Of a DNA stretch of 64,000 nucleotides, positions 46,401 through 58,400 are shown in pieces. The stretch comes from Macrostomum lignano. Taxonomy: Eukaryota. Within the stretch, counting starts at the first letter, position 1. The number at the start of each line of letters is the position of its first letter. The notes below the pieces were generated by a model that saw only the letters and a list, made by a program, of their open reading frames with translations, searched no databases and was not told the DNA's origin. Position numbers and translations under genes: made by a program. The stretch is taken from assembly GCA_002269645.1 (NCBI GenBank), contig NIVC01002390.1, positions 2,652 through 66,651 on the forward strand, in the 5' to 3' direction.

Positions 46401-49400
46401 TAGCGTGGTCCATAGCCAGCACGCAGGCGTGCAGCAGAGTCGGCAGCCGCTTCAGTTCTACTCGGCTCGGCCCGGAGTAGCCCCGCCAGTCCACATCGGG
46501 CCGGTCCTGCACCAGGTCGCCTTGGGTAGAAAGAGGCGGAGTGGAAACGCTTAAAACTTAGCCAAACACCCGCCTGCTAAACAGGGGAGCAAACAGTTTT
46601 GGAACTTTGTACTGCTGCTGCGTGCATATCTGTTAGAACAAGTGATTCGTCTGTTAGACAGGGAATCATATGTTAGACTCGGCCATCATTTGTTCGGCAG
46701 GAGCATTGGCTTTAGAAAGCCATACACCTACATTCTAGACAGGGGCATCACCTGCTAGAAAATGGCATCACCTGTTAGACAGGGGCATCACCTGTTAGAT
46801 AGGGGCATCACCTGTTAGACAGGGGCATTACCTGTTAGACAGGAGCATCATCTGTTAGACAGGGGCATCACCTGCTAGAAAGTGGCATCACCTGCTAGAA
46901 AGTGGCATCACCTGTTAGACAGGGGCATCACCTGTTAGACAGGGGCATCACCTGTTAGACAGGGGCATCACCTGTTAGACAGGGGCATCACCTGTTAGAC
47001 AGGGGCATCACCTGTTAGACAGGGGCATCACCTGTTAGACAGGGGCATCACCTGTTAGACAGGGGCATCACCTGTTAGACAGGGGCATCACCTGTTAGAC
47101 AGGAGCATCACCTGTTAGACAGGAGCATCACCTGTTAGACAGAGGCATCACCTGTTAGACAGGAGCATCACCTGTTAGACAGGAGCATCACCTGTTAGAC
47201 AGGGCATCACCTGTTAGACAGGAGCATCATCTGTTAGACAGAGGCATCACCTGTTAGACAGGAGCATCACCTGTTAGACAGAGGCATCACTTGTTAGACA
47301 GGAGCATCACCTGTTAGACAGGGCATCACCTGTTAGACAGGAGCATCACCTGTTAGACAGGGCATCACCTGTTAGACAGGAGCATCACCTGTTAGACAGA
47401 GGCATCACCTGTTAGACAGGAGCATCACCTGTTAGACAGGGCATCACCTGTTAGACAGGAGCATCATCTGTTAGACAGAGGCATCACCTGTTAGACAGGA
47501 GCATCACCTGTTAGACAGTGGCATCACCTGTTACAAAAGCCACCTCTACCTGTCAGACTGTCGCACCGATTTGAAGAACACCCAAGAGTCGCCAATATTA
47601 GATATATTAGAGCTAGCTACTATACTACTATACAAGAAAAACGTACTGAGAGACAATCGCTCTTGGCAGCATATAAATACTCACAGGCATCGCTCACCTG
47701 TAAGCAGAAGCGCCACTGCGCAATGAAAAAACTGTTCAGCGCTGAGCACCTCCTCCTGGGTCAGGTAGCGATCCAAATTGGCAAAGTGACCGCCATAGGG
47801 CGGCATATCCAGCGGCTTAGGCGCCGGGCACGCCCTTAAAGTGGCATATTTGTCCGACCAGAGCTGCTGACTGGCCGGGCCTCTGTCCGAGTATTTAATA
47901 TACGGCCGGCTGGGCAACCGTTCAACAGCCCAGCTGCCCCGATCGTCCAGGCAGCGCAGTTCGGCTAGCAGTTCGTCAACTGTGCTGCGCGGCTCCTTGC
48001 GCAGCGCGTAGACTGCTATGCGGCGAGCTGTTGGCAGCAGGGCGTCCGGCGATAGGCTGGTCACGGCCAGGATGTAGCGGATGATTGTCTGGCGTGTGGA
48101 CAGAGTGAGAATTGAATCTCCGTTGGTTTGCATAGCCTTTCCCCAACATTTTTTTACAAGAAGCTGGCAATTTTCCTAGAAACTGCCAATCTACGACAAA
48201 CTCACCGTTTTCTTAGAATTTCATACTTTTCCAAGAAGCTGCAATTTTATTAGAAACTGATAAATCTACGACAAATATGCTGTTTTCTTAGAAATTCATA
48301 CTATTCTATGCAAACTTTCCTAGAAACTGACAGCTACATGGGAAACTGACTGTTTTCTTAGAAATTCCCATACTTTGCAAACCAGTTTTCTAGAAACAGA
48401 CAAATCAACGAGAAACGCATTGTACAAATTTGAAGCAGCAAATTTTCCTAGAAACTGACAAATCGGCGAAGAATTCTCATTGTTTTCTTAGAAATTCATA
48501 CTTTCTAAGAAGCAGCAAATTTTTCTAGAAATTTGTGCTATCCAAGAAACAACATTCTCTAGAAAGTGAACACTTTTGTTAAAAACCCCGTAATTTTCAA
48601 TAAAGCTAATAGTAGGTCAGAAAACCACGAAAGTCAACAAGTTTTTTAAAAATAAAGTCTTAGTTGCAGTTTTCTAAGAAATCCGAATAAAAACACAACA
48701 ATCAATAAAATTTCAAGAAAATAACCAACCTTCAAATTAGAATGATCCGCGCTGCTTCGCACAAGGCCCTGCCAGATTGCCTCCAATTCGAATGGGAACA
48801 AATCCCCAATCTGATGCGTGAGCACCACCAGATTATTTAAAATCATTTCCGACGCCTCGATAGAACCGTAGCCGCCCGAGGTGGCTGGTATGGCGTCCCG
48901 GTCTAAGCTGAGCTCGATCGGTCTCAGCCAGGGCAGCAGCAGGCGGAAGATGATCTGCTTCAGCGGCGGCCGGGCCTCTTCGCAGCGCCTGGTGAGCTCG
49001 GAGAAGACGCTCATGGTCAGGTCTTGGGCGTGGAGGACGGCGAATTCGGCGCTTAGAGTTTCCGCGCGAAGGCATGGAATGCGGCTGTGGGAATCGGAGG
49101 AGATTATGGGGCGATTATTGAAGGAGATTATGGGGCGATTATTGAAGGAGATTATGGGGCGATTATTGAAGGAGATTATGGGGCGATTATTGGAGGAGAT
49201 TATGGGGCGATTATTGGAGGAGATTATGGGGCGATTATTGGAGGAGATTATGGGGCGATTATTGAAGGAGATTATGGGGCGATTATTGGAGGAGAATATG
49301 GGGCGATTATTGGAGGAGATTATGGGGCGATTATTGGAGGAGAATATGGGGCGATTATTGAAGGAGATTATGGGGCGATTATTGGAGGAGATTATGGGGC

Positions 49401-52400
49401 GATTATTGGAGGAGATTATGGGGCGATTATTGGAAGAGATTATGGGGCGATTATTGGAGGAGATTATGGGGCGATTATTGGAGGAGATTATGGGGCGATT
49501 ATTTTAGGAGATTATAGGGCGATTATTGGAGATTATGGGGCGATTATTGGAGGAGATTATGGGGCGATTATTGAAGGAGATTATGGGGCGATTATTGAAG
49601 GAGACTATAGGGCGATTATTGGAGGAGATTATGGGGCGATTATTGGAAGAGATTATGGGGCGATTATTGGAGGAGATTATGGGGCGATTATTGAAGGAGA
49701 TTATGGGGCGATTATTGAAGGAGATTATGGGGCGATTATTGAAGGAGATTATGGGGCGATTATTGAAGGAGATTATGGGGCGATTATTGGAGGAGATTAT
49801 GGGGCGATTATTGGAAGAGATTATGGGGCGATTATGGAGGAGATTATGGGGCGATTATTGAAGGAGATTATGGGGCGATTATTTTAGGAGATTATAGGGC
49901 GATTATTGGAGGAGATTATGGGGCGATTATTGGAGGAGATTATGGGGCGATTATTTAAGGAGATTATGGGGCGATTATTGAAGGAGATTATGGGGCGATT
50001 ATTGGAGGAGATTATGGGGCGATTATTGGAGGAGATTATGGGGCGATTATTGAAGGAGATTATGGGGCGATTATTGAAGGAGATTATGGGGCGATTATTG
50101 AAGGAGATTATGGGGCGATTATTGAAGGAGATTATGGGGCGATTATTGAAGGAGATTATGGGGCGATTATTGAAGGAGATTATGGGCGATTATTGAAGGA
50201 GATTATGGGGCGATTATTGGAGGAGATTATGGGGCGATTATTGGAAGAGATTATGGGGCGATTATTGGAGGAGATTATGGGGCGATTATTGGAGGAGATT
50301 ATGGGGTGATTATTGAAGGAGATTATGGGGCGATTATTGGAGGAGATTATGGGGCGATTATTGAAGGAGAATATGGGGCGATTATTGGAGGAGATTATGG
50401 GGCGATTATTGAAGGAGAATATGGGGCGATTATTGAAGGAGATTATAGGGCGATTATTGAAGGAGATTATAGGGCGATTATTGGAGATTATAGGGCGATT
50501 ATTGAAGGAGATTATAGGTTGATCATCAAAGTAGCTTAAAATTCGATAGTGGGTAGAATTTATTAACACGGCGATTTTGGGAGGAAACAGGAGGGATACT
50601 CGACGAATTAGGGTTAATTATCGACAGAAATGAGGTAAAAAAACAATACGGCAATTACCAAAGATAAAAAGCCCAGCAAAATGAATTTAAACCCACCGAT
50701 AGAACGCCTCCCTCTCATTAGACGCATCCTTCCCCTCCAGATAGAACCGGTGATAGAGCAGCTGGAACAGGTGGCTGGCCTGTTGAGCGGCCGCCGGGTC
50801 TGGCAAGCCGGAGAAGAGCATCGCCAGGCACAGCATAACGGTATCGTAGCATGGGAAATCCGGCTGAGCGGTGAACACAGTCAGGATGATGCGAATGTAA
50901 GCGGGCGTGCCGACTGGCGCAGTGTAGCATCGGTGGACAAGCCAGTCTAGGAGGTCGCGAACATCCTGCTCGGAGTCGTGGGCTAGTAGCAACAGTAGCA
51001 GCTGGCAGACGGTGTCCTGAGCCAGCTGGGCGGACGGCCGACAAGCCAGCAGGCCGTCTAGCCAGGCGGTGAGGCGCGGCAGGCGGATCTCGCCTATGCC
51101 CAGCTCGCCGGTGCGGGAGTCCCGCTCGAGTCCCGGGCCGGAGGCCAGCAGGGCCAGCAGGCAGCGGACGGTGCACAGGTTGGCTTCAACTAGGGCGGAG
51201 TCGGCGGCTGCTGGCAGCGGGGCAGACGGCGGCGACAGCGACAGAGAGGCCGACTGGGTCGGCTGCATCGGCGCCGGCACCGCCTGCGGCATTGGCGGCG
51301 AATGAGAAGCCGCGGCTGCTGCCGCTGAAACAACGGCGGCCGCGGCCGAAGCGGCAACGGCAGCGGCGGCGGTGTCTCCACCGCAGACGAAAGCCATGAG
51401 AGGGCTGAGCGACGGCGGCAGCCAGGCGGAGACCGTGCGGAACAGGTCGACCCGGAGTTGGCCGCTGGTACCCAGCAGGTGGGTCCGGGCCTCATGGTCG
51501 GCTGGGCCAATCAGATTGGCGAGAAAGTCGCACAGGTGACGGCGGAGCTCCACAGCTTCCTGCAGAGTTAAAAATATAACAGATGCAATATTACGCGGCG
51601 CATCTGAAGGCTGTCCAAGGATTGGGGGGTCGCCACACACAACCTCATTTACCCCATCTTACAGCTAGCTGGGTGAAATGAAGCAATGCAGAATTAAGAG
51701 ACAAGTATTCGAGAGGGTTGAGAATCGAACCCTGACCTTTCAGTCGTGAGTCCGACGCTCTAACCACTAGGCTACAACCCCCTTGATAGACGAGTAACAA
51801 AGATCAAAGACCTGCACCTCTGTACACTCAGCTAACACCAGCACCGCTGTACACTCAGGCTAACACCAGCACCTCTGTACACTCAGCTAACACCAGCACC
51901 TCTGTACACTCAGCTAAGACCAGCACCTCTGTACACTGATGCTAACACCAGCACCTCTGTACACTGATGCTAACACCAGCACCTCTGTACACTGATGCTA
52001 ACACCAGCACCTCTGTACACTGATGCTAACACCAGCACCTCTGTACACTGATGCTAACACCAGCACCTCTGTACACTCAGCTAAGGCCAGCACCTCTGTA
52101 CACTCAGCTAACACCAGCACCTCTGTACACTCTCTAAGAGCTCTGAACAAAAACACAACACCAACCTGTGAATCGTCCCGCTCTAGAAAGTGTCGAACAC
52201 CTTCTACAAAGTCTAACAGCGCCGAGATCAAACAGCCATAGCCTGTACGAGTCCCGGACTCGGCCGATCTCAGGCAACCAGTTCTTGCAGCCAAATCGAA
52301 CAGCCGCAATAGGCAAGACTTAAGCGTGTCCCGCCGTTTCTTTCGCCGCATCTTGTCGGACTTGTCGCAGGCCTCCCGCATTAGCGGCACCAATTCTTCT

Positions 52401-55400
52401 AGGCAGTCGCGAAAGCCTTTAGCATTCATCCTGCCTAGGCCACCAATCACCGTAGTTTTTAGATCCGTGAGATCGCAGCGCAGCAGAGGCACTAAAAGTT
52501 TCACCAGATCCCGAGTGCCTCGCTTATCCTGACGAGCCGACGGTCTGACAGCGGCGGCTGAGCCGGCAGATGAAGATGTCGAAGCTGAAGCGGATGATGA
52601 AGACGCGGCTGCGGAGGCGGAGCCAATCATGACGGGTGCTGAGTCGTCCGGGCACAGGGTGCAGCACAGCACAACATAGTTCTGCCACAGGTGAATGTAC
52701 TGCTCCCTGTCTGCACCGGGCGGCCGGCTGCCAGACCTCAGCAGGCTGGAGGCTCGCTGACTCTGCGGCGAGTTGGGATCAACGTACTGGAATACGGAGT
52801 TCAACCTATCGAAGCCGTACACCCAGGCTGCTCGCAGTGAGTAGAACGAGCCGATCGACTGCTGCTCCAATAAGAATCCGCTGAGCACTCGAACCCAGGG
52901 ATCGTCTATTAATACGGGATGCTCGGGTCCCGGATACCAGATGAACTCAGTGCGCTGCTGTTCCAGACAGCTCACAAAATCGTGAGCAGTTATTGACGGC
53001 CTGTCTGGCCTGATAGCAACTCGGTAATCCTCTTCGAGCTTGAGGCTGGCCAGGTACTTCTCGAATAAGTCTAACAGATTCGGTTCCTGGTGCTGGCTGA
53101 GAAGGCTGCGGGCCGCTTTTAGAATAGCGACACCCAGCTTGCGGGGCGACGGCTTCAACAGCTGGGCCTGCGATGGGTCCAACCTGCGGATGGGTGCATT
53201 AAATTAGCTCAGGATGCACGGCCATTTTTGAATTGGTGAAGAGGCGAATCTAGATTCGGTGAAGCGCGATTCTAGAATTGGTGAAGAGGCGAATCTAGAA
53301 TTGGTGAAGAGGCGAATCTAGAATTGGTGAAGAGGCGAATCTAGAATTGGTGAAGCGCGATTCTAGAATTGGTGAAGAGGCGAATCTAGAATTGGTGAAA
53401 AGGCGATTCTGGAATCGGTGAAGGGCGATTTTAAAAATGGTGAAGAGGCGATTCTAGAATAGGTGAAGGGCGATTCTAGAATTAGTGAAGAGGCGATTCT
53501 AGAATTGGTGAAGGGCGATTCTAGAAATGGTGAAGAGGCGATTCTGGAATCGGTGAAGGGCGATTTTAAAAATGGTGAAGAGGCGATTCTAGAATCGGTG
53601 AAGAGGCGATTCTAGAGATGAGAATCGGACGACGCTAGATATTTTCATACCTCGTAGCAATCAGAGAAGAGAAAGTGCAGGTTGTGTATTTTCCCAGATC
53701 AATTCCCTAGGTCTCACCTAGGCTGGCACAGTGCAATAAGCGCCAATCCTTCGGCTTTGTGCAGCGCCTTGACCTGATCCTCGGCCAGAGCCTGACCGCC
53801 CGCCTTCTCCCAGTGCTGCAGCAGTTTGGCCAACGACAGCAGCGCGCTGTCAAACAGATCTGGCAGACTGTCGGCCAGTTCGCGTTGAACAAAATCGATG
53901 AGGCCCCGAACTACAGGCGCGCGCCAGTCGGCAAAGTCGTGAACCAGAGTGTGCAGCGCCGCCTGAACCATCTGCTTGACCTCGGCGTCCATGTGAATTA
54001 GCAGGCGGGTGAGGAACTCGACCAGTTCCGACTGGCGCATGTCGTCGCGATTCGGCAATAGGCGGGGAATGGCCGACAGGCAGGTTTTGAGCAGGTCCAG
54101 CTTCTGCTTTCGCTCCTCGGCTGTCTTTGCTTGTTCGTCCGCGTCCACCTGTGTGGATTTATTAGAACTATCTGACAATATTCACTAGATCCTACTTACA
54201 GTAGCAGGTGCATAACAATAAATGGAAACCCTTTCGAATCCCAACTGAAGCTACTCGAATCCTAAATAATTTAACTATTCGAATCCTTCAAGAAACTACT
54301 CGAATCCTTCAAGAAACTACTCGATACCTTAATTCAACTTCTTTAATATTGATTGAAACTACTCGAATCCCTAAGTAGAAATTCTAAAACCGCAGATGAC
54401 ATTATTTGACTCTGTGAACCACTGAATATAATACTTAAAAAATCAGTCTCCTAGAAGCAGAAGCTAGACGCAAGCAATAAATTTGCACACAGAAACAAAG
54501 CCACAAACCTTAGTAAGCATAAGTGCCCGGCCAACCACTGGATCTAGCTGTCTTATAATAGACACAAACGATTTCCTAATCTGAGGCAGGTAGGACTGTA
54601 TGCCCAGGTTTTTGCCAGTATCGTCAGTAATCTGAGAAGCAATGAGGCTCTTCTTGACTTTGATAGTGCCCAGATCCACAGTGCGCAGCAGCATAGCCGG
54701 CTCCTCTTTCTGCTGCAGCGCGTGTACAATGCTGAGAAACGCGCGCAGCCCGATGTTCATACGTTCAGGCATGATCATCTTGGGCCTATTGACGCATAGC
54801 AACTCGAATATGATCTCTTTAATAGCGAAATCGAATTTCTCCTGCGCTATTAGATTGATAATGCGAACAAATATGTTGATAGGGGTCTCCTTGGGTATGA
54901 CTAGCTTGCTGCCCTTGGGAAAGATTGACAGCACAATGCTCTGCAGCCGGCTCTGGGTCTCTGAGTGCTTCTCGCCCCGGATGCGAATAATGTAGACCCA
55001 CAGCAGGCGGAACACGCTGTCCAGACTGATGCGGGCCATCTGGGGATCGCGCGACTTCAGGTGGCTTAGGCACAGGCTGAGAAAATAAGGCCAATGACTA
55101 AGGAAGAATTGCTTCTGAGAGACGCAGAGTAAACAGGTGACCAGCGGGAATAGGGCTAGACTGTGCTTCTTCTTTGTAGCCAGCTCGTTGCATGGGTTCC
55201 ACAGAGTGTCAACAATCTGGCGCATAGCGGGAATGTTCACTTCATTCTTTGCCACTGCGGCCACGGGCAGCAGGATTTCTACTAGCAGGCCGGCTAGCGA
55301 ATGTCTGACGGGCGGGGGGGAGGCGGACGATGATATTTGTGTTGCTAGGTGCTATTTGCTAGTTTATACTGATTAACTGATTTTATAATATAATAGATAA

Positions 55401-58400
55401 ATCATAAAATGAGCGGAGAAACTGATTTTGACGACTGACAAATTGAAGAGGCAGATTCAAAGAATGGGGAGTGAAGAGGCAGATTCAAAGAATGGGGGGA
55501 GTGGAGAGGCAGATTCAAAGAATGGGGGGAGTGGAGAGGCAGATTCAAAGAGTGGGCAGTGGAGAGGCAGATTCAAAGAATGGGGAGAGTGGAGAGGCAG
55601 ATTTAAAGAGTGGGCAGTGGAGAGGCAGATTCAAAGAATGGGGAGAGTGGAGAGGCAGATTCAAAGAATGGGGAGAGTGGAGAGGCAGATTTAAAGAATG
55701 GTGAGTGGAGAGGCAGATTCAAAGAATGGGGAGAGTGGAGAGGCAGATTCAAAGAATGGGGAGAGTGGAGAGGCAGACTCAAAGAACGGGGAGTGGAGAG
55801 GCAGATTCAAAGAATGGGGAGAGTGGAGAGGCAGACTCAAAGAACGGGGAGTGGAGAGGCAGATTCAAAGAATGGTGAGTGGAGAGGCAGATTCAAAGAA
55901 TGGGGAGAGTGGAGAGGCAGATTCAAAGAATGAGGTGAGTGGAGAGGCAGACTCAAAGAATGGGGAGAGTGGAGAGGCAGATTCAAAGAATGGGGAGAGT
56001 GGAGAGGCAGATTCAAAGAATGGGGGAGTGGAGAGGCAGATTCAAAGAATGGGGGGAGTGGAGAGGCAGATTCAAAGAATGGGGAGTGGAGAGGCAGATT
56101 CAAAGAATGGGGAGTGGAGAGGCAGATTCAAAGAATGGGGAGTGGAGAGGCAGATTCAAAGAATGGTGAGTGGAGAGGCAGATTCAAAGAATGGTGAGTG
56201 GAGAGGCAGATTCAAAGAATGGGGAGTGGAGAGGCAGATTCAAAGAATGGGGGGAGTGGAGAGGCAGATTCAAAGAATGGGGAGTGGAGAGGCAGACTCA
56301 AAGAGTAACAGAGCTCTTGATTTATGACAAAAAATTCAAAGTTGAATAAATATAGAGTTGAGCTTGTTTGAAGCTGTGAAAAAGCGTCCATACCTGATCT
56401 CCTTGTCCTTGACTTCATTAAAGTACACGGCCAATTCGTGCACAAAGGAGGCGCCAGCCTCCAAATCTTCAATAGGCGCCATCTGCACTCGCAGAAATTT
56501 CATACCCATCAGCAGGCTTTTAATATTGCGCGTCACAAACAGATTCAGTTCTCGGGACCGCAACTGACGCAGCTCGGTCCAGAACTTTTTCCGCACAGCC
56601 GCAAACCGATATTTGGCCAGAACGCCAACTACCGAAGCGTACATGTCTGCTACGAGGTTGAGATTGGCCGCGTTTGGCCGCGTCTGCGTGCTGATTGGTT
56701 GGGAAAAGTTGGGCAGGTGCTTGGTTAACGAAAAGGACATCTAAGCAAGGACCACTGTAGTATAACGGGACGTAAAACTGGAGCCAAATTAGTAAATACT
56801 GAGAAGTGGAAATTTTGTGAAACATCGAAACATTTAAACTCATAAATCACTAGCTATTTCTAGACCTGACCACAGATACTAGAATAACTAGATAGGCCAC
56901 TCAGGCTTTCTACTTTCAGTTCAGTAGCAAAGAAGAATACATAAGCTATTTTAAAAAATAAAAGCATCTGAAATGACTTTGATAAGTTTAGAAGCCCAAG
57001 CTTGCAGGCGCTAACAGCTTGCTAATTGGTTCAGCAATAATGTACATTAGCCAATCCACTGAAATGTACATGGCAGCTTTAGGCTGGAATTCCGAGGAAG
57101 GCAATAAAAATTGGGTGGCGGGGCGGGGGGTAGTGTGGAAAGGCGCGATTGGAGGGTTTAAGCTAAGGGGGGAGAGAGCCAATAAATGAGCTTTGGCTTT
57201 GAAAATACATTAAAATTGTTCGGTTTAACTTACTACTGAACTGAAAGTAGCTTACACGCAAATGTGCTGAGTGGCTTATCTAGTTATTCTAGTATCTGTG
57301 CTCTTGTTTACATACTACAGTGGTCTTTGTATCTAAGCTGTAGCACCGTGGCACCAGCCTACCTGACATTTCAGATTATTGCCAACCAAAGGTCAAAGGA
57401 GGAGGTCAAAGGAGTCAGCTTACCCCCCCTCCCCCAGTAAAATCGGAGTTTATATTTCCTGGTATATTGTCTGTGCCGCTAAAATGGAGGAAAATAACAT
57501 TTCCTAAGACCAAAAAAAGCAATCAAGCTAAAATCTTACTCTTCCTTCTGTTTGAAATGGCTGAAGCACTGATTGAGTATACGGTCGACCATCTCCTGAT
57601 AGCCCGGATGGCCAGAAATATGTTCGAGCACTTGTATTAATACCAGACAGAACAGGTAGTCGACGGCCAACTGGAAACATTTCATGTTCTAATTATTCTA
57701 CTTTTATAAGTAGTGCTCAGTATGTGTTCTTAATTTTGTACAAATTGGTAATAGAAATTATGTAATAAATTTTAATAATGCCTAAATTATAAACGCACAT
57801 CTTTCCGTTCGACCGCAATGTCCTTCTCGGACATGGCCGGCTGGGCGGCGGCGCCGGCTCCGGACACGGGTCGAGTCCGAGGCCCGGCCGACTCGGTAGC
57901 GGAATCGGCCGAATGCTGATAATCGTACCATTGGAATAGGGCGGTAACAATGGAAGGCAAGCAGTGCTCGGACACTGTGCGCAGCGAAGCTATCACTTGG
58001 TCAAGCGTGGCTTCCCTGTCGACTACCGAAGCGGCGGCAGCGGCCGCGGCGGCGGCGGCGGCGGCGGCGGCTGCAGCGGCGGCGCCACGCTGTGCAACTG
58101 CGGTTGAAGGCCAGCCAGGCGCAGCAACGGCTTCGTCGGCCGTGGCGAAAAACTTGGCCAAATTGCGCTTGTCGTCGGAGCTGCTCTGGAATTTGGGCGA
58201 TTGGTTGATTTTTTTGCAGCTGTTGACAAGTGGCCAGACAGTGGGGAATCGGGGAGCAGAGGAGCAGGGAAGCCAGTAGGGATGACAAGGGAGTCTATGG
58301 GGATGGCAGGGGAGTCAGTAGGGATGGTAGGGGAGTCTATGGGGATGGCAGGGGAGTCAGTAGGGATGGTAGGGGAGTCAGTAGGGATGGTAGGGGAGTC

